A stretch of 64,000 bases of DNA from a virus. The stretch lies in the IMG/VR virus record IMGVR_UViG_3300025466_000029, positions 3,205-67,204 of that record, one strand, 5' to 3'. The translations under genes were made by a program, and so were the position numbers. The notes under the pieces were generated by a model, which worked only from the letters and a program-made list of their open reading frames with translations, had not been told where the DNA came from and did no database searches. This document shows, piece by piece, positions 53,126 to 62,029 of this stretch (position 1 is its first letter; the number at the start of each line of letters is the position of its first letter).

Positions 53126-54190
53126 ATGGAACAACTAATTAGTATTCTAGAAACACGTCGCGAACATGACAGCGTAGGTGAGGCATCATTCATTGACCGC
53201 TTTATCAAGCCACTTAACCCGACACCTTTTGTCAATCCCGAGGGCGAGGTCATTGCGTATGTAGTAGACAACTCACATGGCACAAGCAAAGTACTATGGT
53301 CGGCTCACATTGACACCATGCACAGGGACAAAAAGGGAACGAGTGCGCCTTTGACGCAAGAAGTTTGGGTGTCCGATGACGGCATGGCTTTTGTTACTGA
53401 CCAAGCTGATTGTCTAGGTGCTGACGATGGTGCTGGTATGTATCTCATGTTCAATATGATTATGCAAGACATTGCTGGTACGTACATCTTTCATCGTGGC
53501 GAGGAAGTCGGTTGCTGGGGTAGCGGTGACATGGCTGTGCATCATAGGGATTGGCTCAAGCAGTTCACTCATGCGATTGCATTTGACAGGCGCGGTACGA
53601 CTAGCATCATTACCCATCAGCGTGGCGAACGTGCGTGTAGCGATGCGTTAGGCGAGCAGTTAGCTAGTCTGTTCAATATGCGCTACGAGTTAGACCCGAC
53701 AGGTGTGTACACAGACACAGCAGAATACATGGACATCATTCCAGAGTGTGTCAACGTCAGCATTGGGTACGACAGCGAGCATAGTCACTTTGAGACATTA
53801 GATACTAGCCATGTGCTTGCGTTGCGCGATGCTATATGCGCACTGGATTGGGACACCATCTCTCTTGTAGTAGAGCGTGACCATACCAAGCGTGACCATA
53901 CCAAGCGTGAGTATCTTGCACCAAAACATAGTACATATAACTGGGGTGCGTGGTCAGGCAGTCATCATACCAAGACACCTCATGCCATGAGTCCGTACGA
54001 GATACCTAGTGTTGAGCGTATCTTAACGACATCCACGCGTAGCCTTGCGCAGTGGGTAGCAGAGGCTGACCCTGAGGATGTAGCTATCTTGTTGCAAGAC
54101 CTAGCCGACCAAGTAGAGGAAGCTAGCTATGCACTCAACGATTACTATGACGAGTCAGCTTATAACAACTTGAAAGTGGGGATGATGTGA
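53126..54190 (+). CDS. M28/M20-family Zn-dependent peptidase-like protein
   Basis: SAHIDT, GADDGAG, GEEVG, AFDR, YTD, NVSIGY..EH. Confidence 0.85.
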   Translation: MEQLISILETRREHDSVGEASFIDRFIKPLNPTPFVNPEGEVIAYVVDNSHGTSKVLWSAHIDTMHRDKKGTSAPLTQEVWVSDDGMAFVTDQADCLGADDGAGMYLMFNMIMQDIAGTYIFHRGEEVGCWGSGDMAVHHRDWLKQFTHAIAFDRRGTTSIITHQRGERACSDALGEQLASLFNMRYELDPTGVYTDTAEYMDIIPECVNVSIGYDSEHSHFETLDTSHVLALRDAICALDWDTISLVVERDHTKRDHTKREYLAPKHSTYNWGAWSGSHHTKTPHAMSPYEIPSVERILTTSTRSLAQWVAEADPEDVAILLQDLADQVEEASYALNDYYDESAYNNLKVGMM

Positions 54191-54297
54191 TGAGTTTAGT
54201 CTATGCGTTGGCATGTGCGTACTGTGTAAGCGAAGGCTCGTATGGTTGGGCTGTATTTTGGGCAGCGTGTTATTTATGGGAGTTAAAGAATGAGTAA
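54190..54297 (+). CDS. tiny membrane peptide (35 aa)
   Basis: MSLVYALACAYCVSEGSYGWAVFWAACYLWELKNE; start overlaps the peptidase stop codon. Confidence 0.5.
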   Translation: MSLVYALACAYCVSEGSYGWAVFWAACYLWELKNE

Positions 54298-54433
54298 GAT
54301 TATTAAGTGGGGTTTGTATTTAGTTAGTTGGGCGGTGCTTGTCTATGCGACAAAGGATTTGTCTATAGGTTTGTACTACATGGTGATGTTCAGTGCATTG
54401 GGTTTGTTTGTATCGGGGGCTATCAATGACTAA
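54290..54433 (+). CDS. tiny two-TM membrane protein (47 aa)
   Basis: MSKIIKWGLYLVSWAVLVYATKDLSIGLYYMVMFSALGLFVSGAIND; GGGAG RBS. Confidence 0.55.
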   Translation: MSKIIKWGLYLVSWAVLVYATKDLSIGLYYMVMFSALGLFVSGAIND

Positions 54434-54692
54434 AGAACGTAAGGTACGTATCCGTTGGGATAGGATTGGTGCGACTGTGCTGGCTGTACTGCTACTCATA
54501 GCAGAGGTGATGTCCGAGAACTACCCAGCCTTTATGTGGTGCGGTGTGGCTACCATGTTCATGGTGTTGTTATTCCGTGAGCAAGACCGCGCACTAAATG
54601 CAATGGAGACCGCCGTCAAGATGGCGATGGTGATTAAAGCAATAACTGATAACGATGGAGATAACGATGGCGACAATACGACACAGCCCTAA
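54426..54692 (+). CDS. small two-TM membrane protein
   Basis: IGATVLAVLLLIA...FMWCGVATMFMVLLF. Confidence 0.6.
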   Translation: MTKERKVRIRWDRIGATVLAVLLLIAEVMSENYPAFMWCGVATMFMVLLFREQDRALNAMETAVKMAMVIKAITDNDGDNDGDNTTQP

Positions 54693-54849
54693 TTGGAATA
54701 AGAGAAGCAACCATGAGTACGATGATGTGGTAGTACCACGCTCACAGCTTACTAACTTTGTGCGTGACTATCTTGAGGCTTGCTTTGATGGTAGGGAAGT
54801 GACAGTAATACCCAAGTACCAAGATGAACTTGACCGCCTCTTGTGGTAA
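54667..54849 (+). CDS. hypothetical protein
   Basis: GGAG RBS before ATG 54667. Confidence 0.55.
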   Translation: MATIRHSPNWNKRSNHEYDDVVVPRSQLTNFVRDYLEACFDGREVTVIPKYQDELDRLLW

Positions 54850-54903
54850 GAATTGGTTGGGGTATAATGGTAGACCTAGTAAGAGATAAGTGTTGTACCC
54901 ACT

Positions 54904-54917
54904 CGGACATTTGTCCG
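54904..54917. promoter_or_regulatory. palindromic operator-like site 5
   Basis: CCCACT-CGGACATTTGTCCG-AGTGT. Confidence 0.7.
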
Positions 54918-54944
54918 AGTGTAATTTAGATGAGGAGAAGTATC

Positions 54945-55193
54945 ATGCCAAAAGGTATTTATAAACGTGTTAAGAAAGTAGCACAACCTGTAGTAGCGAA
55001 ACCAACAGTATCAGTCAAAGAAGCTATTGAAGTATTGGCTCGTGCAGTAAGTGTAGTAGATGGCTTGGACATCAAGGTATGGGATGACGCAGTACTGTTT
55101 GATGTGGATGGCTCACGTTACTCAGCGACAGCGAGCAATGCTATGCAGGTACTAGATGCAATCAAGCTATTAGCTTCACATAAGTTTGACTAA
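54945..55193 (+). CDS. hypothetical protein
   Basis: GAGGAG RBS; MPKGIYKR start. Confidence 0.65.
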   Translation: MPKGIYKRVKKVAQPVVAKPTVSVKEAIEVLARAVSVVDGLDIKVWDDAVLFDVDGSRYSATASNAMQVLDAIKLLASHKFD

Positions 55194-55217
55194 CAATAAA
55201 ACACAACGGAGAACGAT

Positions 55218-56315
55218 ATGAATAATGCATATAACTTTGCGGTCAACCACCATGAAGCTGCTTTATTGGTGCGCACAAATGGTAACAAAGTATCATACAT
55301 CTTTGAGGGTGAGCCAGGGGTTGGTAAGTCCAGCATCTTGAAGTCCCTCAAGGAAATGATGGGAACGAGTGATTACGACTTTGTGTACGTTGACGTGCCA
55401 CTCAAAGATATTCCCGACATTGCGCTTTCAATGCCTGACCATGAAGCCAAAGTCACACGTGCGTTTATCAATGAGATTTGGTTAGGCACTGACCCAAAGA
55501 AACCTAAAGTCATTTTGCTTGATGAAGTATTCAAGGGTACAGACTTTGTAAAGCTGATGATGAACCGCCTACTGCTTGAGCAACAGGTCGGGGACTACAA
55601 GTTACCTGAGGGTAGTATTGTGTTTGGTACAACGAACTTCGCGACTGATGGTGTGGGTGACAGAACCAATGCGCACAGTAACAGCCGTGTCGTTCGTATA
55701 CCAATGCGTAAGCCGACAGGCGATGAGTGGCAACCTTGGGCTATTGATAACAATATCCATCCGCTTGTTACTACGTGGGCTAAACAGAACCCAGCTATCT
55801 TCCATTCATATAAGGATACTGAGTTCGATGCGAGAGCGCACAAGGATGGGCAAGGGATATTCCATTACATATTCCACCCACAACATAACAACCAGCAGTA
55901 CGTATGCCCACGTACATTAGAGTTAGCTAGCCATCAAATTTATAGCATGGACATAACAGGCGAGGCTCTCATGACTAAGGCATTGATTGGTACTGTAGGT
56001 GCTAAAGCTGCGTTGGATATGAGCGCGATGTTCGCGTTGGGTAGTGACTTGCCTACACTTGATGACATTGTGCAACAGCCCGACAAGGCAAGAGTACCAA
56101 GAAGCGCACCAGCCCAGCTAATGTTGGTGTTCAAGTCATTACAATACATTGATGCTGGTAACGTAGATGCGTTTGCTACTTACTTCCAACGCTTGCCAAA
56201 AGAAGTAATGAGTACATGGATTAAAACGATTGTATCAACGGACAAGGTGAAAGCCATTGCCCTCAAGAACCAACAGATTAAATCGTTTGCTATTGGTAAT
56301 AGCTGGATACTATGA
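55218..56315 (+). CDS. MoxR-like AAA+ ATPase
   Basis: GEPGVGKS, LLDE, GTTN, R finger, CPRT. Confidence 0.88.
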   Translation: MNNAYNFAVNHHEAALLVRTNGNKVSYIFEGEPGVGKSSILKSLKEMMGTSDYDFVYVDVPLKDIPDIALSMPDHEAKVTRAFINEIWLGTDPKKPKVILLDEVFKGTDFVKLMMNRLLLEQQVGDYKLPEGSIVFGTTNFATDGVGDRTNAHSNSRVVRIPMRKPTGDEWQPWAIDNNIHPLVTTWAKQNPAIFHSYKDTEFDARAHKDGQGIFHYIFHPQHNNQQYVCPRTLELASHQIYSMDITGEALMTKALIGTVGAKAALDMSAMFALGSDLPTLDDIVQQPDKARVPRSAPAQLMLVFKSLQYIDAGNVDAFATYFQRLPKEVMSTWIKTIVSTDKVKAIALKNQQIKSFAIGNSWIL

Positions 56316-56521
56316 AAAAGCTAATGCTTCCGTTCTTAATTGAGTGGCTGATGAAGTATGGTACTAACCCAACGGCTATGTCAGACATGGGATTGTTTGA
56401 CATGGCTGTATTTTACAAGGCAATGCGTAAAGGGTTCATCATTGAGGTATCTAATGGGGTTCCAGTCATCATGAAGCTAACTAAAGAAGGTGTGAAATAC
56501 TTACAGGAGAATCAGAAATGA
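56312..56521 (+). CDS. mini winged-helix-like paralogue 1
   Basis: EWLMKYG...AMRKGFI...KLTKEGVKYL. Confidence 0.6.
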   Translation: MKKLMLPFLIEWLMKYGTNPTAMSDMGLFDMAVFYKAMRKGFIIEVSNGVPVIMKLTKEGVKYLQENQK

Positions 56522-57363
56522 GTTCATTAAATGCAGCAATCGTAGAGTTAAACGTATCAACATGGACGGCGCGTAAGCTAGACAAGAATGCGTCAAAAGA
56601 AGTTAAGGTAAGTAAGGGCGCGAACAGCGATGACGCGGCGCGCGTTAACAAGAACCTACTGGCTGGGATGAATAACCTCAAGCGTGTGACTGACTTCGTA
56701 GCACTAACACGTAACGACTTCTATCGCTTGACCTTGCCTTGGTCTGATAGTGGGCAACGCTTAGTACCTATGATGCAGTTCTTTGAGTTGAAGCAATGGA
56801 TTAACGACCGCGAGGCTACGTTTAATCAGCTAGTGTCAGAGTTCTTACGTGACTACCCGACATTGATTAGTGCGCAAGCATTCCAATTGGGTGCGTTGTT
56901 TGACCGCAATGAGTTCCCCGATGTTGAGGAGATTGCTAGTAAGTTTAGATTTAAGGTGGGGTTTCTGCCACTACCAAGTACTGGTGACTTCCGTATTGAT
57001 GCACCGAATGAAGTTGTAGCTGACATGCAAAAAGAATACGAGGCTATGTACAACGAACGTATTGAACAGGTGAACCAAGACCTATGGAATAGACTGCATG
57101 ACACGCTTACACACATGAGCGACAGGCTGGGCTATGATACCACAGGCAAGGCTAAGATATTCCGTGACAGTATGGTGGACAATGCTGTAGAATTGTGCGA
57201 CATGCTAAAGAGATTGAACGTAACCAATGACCCTAAGCTAGAGAAGGCTAGGGCTAAACTAGAGTCAGCACTACTTGGTGTTGATGCCGATGAACTACGA
57301 GCAGAGGGTGCGCGTGATGAAGTCAAACACAGTGTCGATACCATCATTGCCGACTGGTTCTAG
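56518..57363 (+). CDS. DUF3150-like protein
   Basis: W.ARKLD, TLPWSD.G.RL, F....YP, LNVT.DP.L. Confidence 0.7.
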   Translation: MSSLNAAIVELNVSTWTARKLDKNASKEVKVSKGANSDDAARVNKNLLAGMNNLKRVTDFVALTRNDFYRLTLPWSDSGQRLVPMMQFFELKQWINDREATFNQLVSEFLRDYPTLISAQAFQLGALFDRNEFPDVEEIASKFRFKVGFLPLPSTGDFRIDAPNEVVADMQKEYEAMYNERIEQVNQDLWNRLHDTLTHMSDRLGYDTTGKAKIFRDSMVDNAVELCDMLKRLNVTNDPKLEKARAKLESALLGVDADELRAEGARDEVKHSVDTIIADWF

Positions 57364-57373
57364 AGCTTGGGAT

Positions 57374-57616
57374 ATGCTGGACGCTAACGCTAGTAGGATG
57401 GATAAGATAGCAATGTGCCGAGAAGGGTTGACCGAATGGTTGTTTAAGTTTGGCACCCGCTGGGTAGCATGGCAAGAGATAGGTGACATGGTTGGATTAG
57501 GTTTCCCCGAACGTGAGGGATATGTTGAGCGAAAGACGAAAGAAAATTTTAGGGACACACCTTACCTACACTTTAGGCTGACACAAAAAGGATTGGAGTT
57601 TATAAATGAGAAATGA
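57374..57616 (+). CDS. mini winged-helix-like paralogue 2
   Basis: EWLFKFG...EGYV...FRLTQKGLEFI. Confidence 0.55.
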   Translation: MLDANASRMDKIAMCREGLTEWLFKFGTRWVAWQEIGDMVGLGFPEREGYVERKTKENFRDTPYLHFRLTQKGLEFINEK

Positions 57617-58787
57617 TGGATTGAATGCAGAGCAGTTGATTAGCAAAACCAAAGTTGCTATTATGAATGACGATGAATGGAAATGGCTGGCTGGCATTGT
57701 CATGATGGGTAGCAGTGGGATTGTTGAGGCTGACCATAAGGTTAAGACCGCGGCGACTGACGGCTTGAACGAACTATACAATCGTGACTTTATTGAGGGG
57801 CTATCATTATCACAGATTAAGTTCATTGTGCTACATGAGAACTTCCATAAGATGTTTAGACATCTGTTTGTATGGCAAGCCTTGTGGAAAGAAAGTAAAG
57901 ACCTAGCCAACATCGCTTGCGATGCTGTGATTAACACGCAGTACTTATATGGTAAGGCTGGTCTAGAGTTCGTTGAGGGTGGTATCTATATGCCTGAGTA
58001 TAAAGACCCTGATGTGTGGAACGTCAAGGCTGTGTACGATGACCTTAAAAAGAATGCTAAAGAAGTACCACAAAGCGGGCATGATACGCATGACTGGGAA
58101 GAGGCTGACCAAGTAACAGAGGCAGAGGCTAAAGAGATTGAGGTACAGGTAGACAACGCATTACGTCAAGCGTCATTGGTTGGCAACATCGGTGCGAGTA
58201 TGCCTCGTAGTGTTACTGAGATGCTAGTGCCTGAGGTTGATTGGAAAACATTACTTGCTGAGTTCTTTAAGAGTGCGTGTAGTGGTAACGACAAGCAGAC
58301 ATGGCGCAGACCGCATAAGACTTATGTAGCGTATGACTTGTATATCCCAACACCATACAGCGAGAACATTGGTCGGGTACTGATTGCTGGTGATACGTCA
58401 GGTTCTATTGATGACCGTATGTTGTCCGTCATTATGGGTCACATGCAACAGCTAGTAAACGAAACACAGCCAAGTGGTGTGGACATTGCATGGTGGGGTA
58501 GCAAGGTTGTAGGTGTAGATAGTTTTGAGCGCGGTGCTATGGATAACCTAGCTAATGCAGTTAAGCCTATCGGCGGTGGCGGTACAACCCCAGCATGTAT
58601 TACTGAATGGATGTATGAGGAGAAGCGAGATGATTACGTATGTGCAGTTGTCATTACCGATGGTGAATTTTATGGTGACTCTGTCGGCGATTGGGGTGAT
58701 TTGCCTGTGCTATGGCTTGTTGTTAATAGTCGACCTGTGCCTAACATTCCTGTCGGACAAACAGTCCAAGTAAAGGATGTGTCGTAA
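57606..58787 (+). CDS. DUF2201-like metallopeptidase plus vWA domain protein
   Basis: TAATDG, LHE..H, N.ACD..IN, DTSGS, GGGGT, TDG. Confidence 0.88.
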   Translation: MRNDGLNAEQLISKTKVAIMNDDEWKWLAGIVMMGSSGIVEADHKVKTAATDGLNELYNRDFIEGLSLSQIKFIVLHENFHKMFRHLFVWQALWKESKDLANIACDAVINTQYLYGKAGLEFVEGGIYMPEYKDPDVWNVKAVYDDLKKNAKEVPQSGHDTHDWEEADQVTEAEAKEIEVQVDNALRQASLVGNIGASMPRSVTEMLVPEVDWKTLLAEFFKSACSGNDKQTWRRPHKTYVAYDLYIPTPYSENIGRVLIAGDTSGSIDDRMLSVIMGHMQQLVNETQPSGVDIAWWGSKVVGVDSFERGAMDNLANAVKPIGGGGTTPACITEWMYEEKRDDYVCAVVITDGEFYGDSVGDWGDLPVLWLVVNSRPVPNIPVGQTVQVKDVS

Positions 58788-59005
58788 TGGATACGTATGA
58801 AGAATGGCTGACTGCGTTGTTGATAAAGTACGGCACGTACAAACCATTGACCATAATAATAGGCAGTGATTTTGAGCATGGTAGAAGGTATGGGCATATC
58901 GTATATAAATTCAACCACGCTGATGTAGGAGAACATCTAGGTTGGGTAATCACAGATGCGGCGGTTAAGTATTTGAAAAGGAAACAACGTGAACATATCT
59001 TATAA
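58787..59005 (+). CDS. mini winged-helix-like paralogue 3
   Basis: YEEWLTALLIKYG...YGHI...VITDAAVKYL. Confidence 0.6.
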   Translation: MDTYEEWLTALLIKYGTYKPLTIIIGSDFEHGRRYGHIVYKFNHADVGEHLGWVITDAAVKYLKRKQREHIL

Positions 59006-59216
59006 GGAATGGCTGTTAGATATACTAATCAGATGCGGTGTTGGTGTGATTACTAATAGTGAACTTCCTTGGAGCTTCTTACAAAGGGCAACAGAGATGG
59101 GGCATATAACCTACATGGATGACGATGAGTTTAAAACACTTGCCTACGTACTAACACCTAGCGCGGCTACATACTTGGAGAGATACGATGGCATACGTAT
59201 CAATGTCAACGCTTAA
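58989..59216 (+). CDS. mini winged-helix-like paralogue 4
   Basis: YKEWLLDILIRCG...ATEMGHI...YVLTPSAATYL. Confidence 0.6.
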   Translation: MNISYKEWLLDILIRCGVGVITNSELPWSFLQRATEMGHITYMDDDEFKTLAYVLTPSAATYLERYDGIRINVNA

Positions 59217-59511
59217 TAGATATGCAATAGGATGGAGTGACCCTATGGGAAGTTTTGCAGGCGCACCTAATATGAATACAGGTAGGACAGAACCAATGCG
59301 TGAGCAACCATACGATGAGTGGTTGATGGAGATGCTTATCGAACATGGGACAGCCGTATTTCATGGAGTACCTCACATTAAAGGAGTGGCGGGTATGGCT
59401 ATTGGGCATCTCGAATCATTAGGATTTAGACCTGAGGTAGACAGTGAGCAGTTTAGATTAACAAACAAAGCATCACGCTATTTAGACATTATGAACAAGG
59501 AAACTGAATAA
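59188..59511 (+). CDS. mini winged-helix-like paralogue 5 with capsid-like N-terminal motif
   Basis: RYAIGWSDPMG...; YDEWLMEMLIEHG...GHL...FRLTNKASRYL. Confidence 0.6.
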   Translation: MAYVSMSTLNRYAIGWSDPMGSFAGAPNMNTGRTEPMREQPYDEWLMEMLIEHGTAVFHGVPHIKGVAGMAIGHLESLGFRPEVDSEQFRLTNKASRYLDIMNKETE

Positions 59512-60281
59512 TGATTATCGTCACGTACGGCGGTGGTACTAACTCAACGGCTATATTAGTTGGTATGTATGAGCGTGGAGAAAAGCCTGACCATATTATC
59601 TTTGCTGATACAGGTGGAGAAAAACCCCATACATACAACAACATCACCGAAGTAAATGCGTGGTGTACTAAGGTAGGGTTTCCGTTAATCACTGTCGTTA
59701 AAGGTAGTATGCCTCAGCAAGTATTGGATGGCTCACTAGAAAACGAATGCTTGCGATTGGGTACGCTACCATCAAAAGCCTATGGGTTCAGCCAATGCTC
59801 ACAGAAGTGGAAGATAGACCCAGTTAATAAGTATCTTGTGGCACTATCTAAACAAACAGGGGTAGGGTTAGAAAACATGGTGCGGTATATTGGGTTTAAT
59901 ATGGGTGAAATCCATAGGTATGAGAGGTCGGAAAGTTACAAGGCTAAACATATCAACCCACAGCGATACCCACTTATAGAATGGGGATGGGGGCGCGATG
60001 AATGTGTTGCTGCAATTAAGCGCATGGGTTTATCACAACCAGGAAAGTCAGCGTGTTTCTTTTGCCCATCATCTAAGAAGCATGAAATTATATGGCTTAA
60101 AAAAGAACACCCTGATTTATATGCACGTGCGCTTGAGATAGAACGCAAAGCAATTGCTGGGGAAGGTAGGGCAGAACCAAGCCGATGTGGACTAGGTCGC
60201 TACTTTAATTGGACTGATGTTAAAGATGCGGATGATAACGCGTCCATTGAAATTGATTGTGGTTGTTATGATGGTGATTAA
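59511..60281 (+). CDS. PAPS reductase-like (PP-loop) protein
   Basis: TYGGGTNST, FADTG.E.P.TY, C...WKI.P, KSAC.FCP, CGC. Confidence 0.8.
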   Translation: MIIVTYGGGTNSTAILVGMYERGEKPDHIIFADTGGEKPHTYNNITEVNAWCTKVGFPLITVVKGSMPQQVLDGSLENECLRLGTLPSKAYGFSQCSQKWKIDPVNKYLVALSKQTGVGLENMVRYIGFNMGEIHRYERSESYKAKHINPQRYPLIEWGWGRDECVAAIKRMGLSQPGKSACFFCPSSKKHEIIWLKKEHPDLYARALEIERKAIAGEGRAEPSRCGLGRYFNWTDVKDADDNASIEIDCGCYDGD

Positions 60282-60302
60282 ATTAAATAAGGAGAACGAG
60301 TG

Positions 60303-60443
60303 ATGAGTAGTTTTTACGGCGCAACAACATTAGCACCAACCAAAGAACAAATTAAGTCACGTGAAAAGAAAGTGCGTGAGGCTATCGCATACCTTGGTGA
60401 TAAATACTTATTAGCAAAACCTGTGGAGAAAATAAGTGGATGA
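60303..60443 (+). CDS. small hypothetical protein
   Basis: AAGGAG RBS; ...AIAYLGDKYLLAKPV. Confidence 0.55.
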   Translation: MSSFYGATTLAPTKEQIKSREKKVREAIAYLGDKYLLAKPVEKISG

Positions 60444-60642
60444 TTTTAATGCGAGGGATTTGTTTGCGGGGTTGGCTATGTGTGGGATGATGGCAGAGGG
60501 AGATTGGTTTGGAAATGTAGGGCATTGGAAATCAAAAGAAATAATGACTGAAACATACGCAAAAGAAGCATACGACATAGCAGAAGCAATGTTAAAAGAA
60601 AAGGAGAAGCGTGATGGCGGCGAATCTAAAGTATCAAATTGA
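60436..60642 (+). CDS. conserved small phage protein
   Basis: RD.FAG.AM.G...AY.IA.AML. Confidence 0.7.
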   Translation: MDDFNARDLFAGLAMCGMMAEGDWFGNVGHWKSKEIMTETYAKEAYDIAEAMLKEKEKRDGGESKVSN

Positions 60643-61039
60643 AGGTGAACAAAACCGAGTAGCAATCCTTGAGTACCTCAAGGGTAAAGAATTGTCAGCA
60701 ATGGATGTGGGTTTCGGCTTGGGTATGTCAAAGCAAAAGGTTGAGAACTATCTACGTTCATTGTTGCGGTCAGGTCACATCGTAAACTTTAAGACTGTTA
60801 AGAATAGATTTTTCTACAAGCGCACCAACAAACCATTCTATACGATGGCAATGCGTGACCAACAGATTGATGACCTATACGACGAGTCACAAGACGAAAC
60901 GATTGCACCACCAAACCCACATGCACGTGTGATTAGATTGTTAAGTAAACCACTGCCTCCACCACCACGGTCGAAGCGCAGAAGCACAGGGTACGGCAGT
61001 ATGCAGAGTGCGATGAACATGTTTAGCTTGGAGGGATGA
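60611..61039 (+). CDS. winged-helix DNA-binding protein
   Basis: ILEYL....S..DV...LGMS...V.NYL..L...G.I. Confidence 0.7.
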   Translation: MMAANLKYQIEGEQNRVAILEYLKGKELSAMDVGFGLGMSKQKVENYLRSLLRSGHIVNFKTVKNRFFYKRTNKPFYTMAMRDQQIDDLYDESQDETIAPPNPHARVIRLLSKPLPPPPRSKRRSTGYGSMQSAMNMFSLEG

Positions 61040-61206
61040 TGGACTTACTTAATAATGAAAAGCTATACAATAACTTTGGGTTCAGACTTAAAGCATTAGT
61101 TAAAGACTCACGAGATAATGTATCGCTAGCGATGACAGTAGAACACATATATTTATCTTTACAAAAAGAAGCTGAACGCGATGCTAGGGAGGCGCGAAAC
61201 AAATGA
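61036..61206 (+). CDS. small hypothetical protein
   Basis: GGAGG RBS; ATGA overlaps at both ends. Confidence 0.5.
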   Translation: MMDLLNNEKLYNNFGFRLKALVKDSRDNVSLAMTVEHIYLSLQKEAERDAREARNK

Positions 61207-61691
61207 ATCCATTTCATGAGGTAAAACAGAAGTCGATTATCCGTGAGGCGGCGATACGTGAAGCTATGCGTCCTGATGCTAAGTGGGTTAAGTATTTTAA
61301 CTTTGATGCGACACGCATTCCTAATGACATACTGGCTCAAGACCCTGTGATTGCAGACATTGGCAGTCGTCATCCGTTGATAGGTGGGGTTGTGATGTTA
61401 CCGCCGCATACGTTTTATAACTGGCATAAAGATACTCGTAGGGGTGTTAGTATAAACATGGTGCTGAACCCTCAAGACGGACTAAGCCATTGTGTGTTCA
61501 CTCCTGATAAAGATGTTGTGGTAGGTGAGTTTGTTGAGTTACAATATAAACCCGACACTTACTATGTGTTCAATACACAGGTCGACCATATGGTGTTGAA
61601 CTTTGAAACCCCTCGATTGTTACTGACGATTGAATTTGGTGAGGACAAAGACGCGTTATCTTATGACGACTTGTTGCTGGAGATACTGTGA
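61203..61691 (+). CDS. cupin/2OG-Fe(II) oxygenase-like protein
   Basis: WHKD...NTQVDH.V.N....R. Confidence 0.65.
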   Translation: MNPFHEVKQKSIIREAAIREAMRPDAKWVKYFNFDATRIPNDILAQDPVIADIGSRHPLIGGVVMLPPHTFYNWHKDTRRGVSINMVLNPQDGLSHCVFTPDKDVVVGEFVELQYKPDTYYVFNTQVDHMVLNFETPRLLLTIEFGEDKDALSYDDLLLEIL

Positions 61692-62029
61692 TGAGAGAGT
61701 TAGTCAGTGGTGTTATACATGAGAAATGGATAAACGGAGAAAAGGTTATGGGAAGCGGAGCAGATAAAGATTGGGTAGACCATGAGGTGCATCAAAAAGC
61801 GCACCTAGAAATGCGTGATGCCCTAACAAAACAAGAAGGTGGCAATCATTACAAGGACATGGCTATTCAGCCAGTAGAGTTTATCACGGCTAACAACTTA
61901 GGGTTTCTAGAGGGTAACGTGGTGAAGTATATCTGTAGGCATCATGCTAAGAACGGTGCTGAGGATATAAAGAAAGCAATCCACTATTGTGAGTTGCTAT
62001 TGCAAACTAAGTACGGAGAAACAAAATGA
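61688..62029 (+). CDS. DUF3310 (T7 gp1.7-like) protein
   Basis: GG.HY....IQP..F, GN.VKY..R...KNG.ED..KA.HY. Confidence 0.85.
   Translation: MMRELVSGVIHEKWINGEKVMGSGADKDWVDHEVHQKAHLEMRDALTKQEGGNHYKDMAIQPVEFITANNLGFLEGNVVKYICRHHAKNGAEDIKKAIHYCELLLQTKYGETK

Noticed and set aside
48905-54917. Palindromes as a CRISPR array or REP/MITE elements
   Set aside because: They are spaced 1.1-1.8 kb apart with genes between, and there is no transposase or target duplication.
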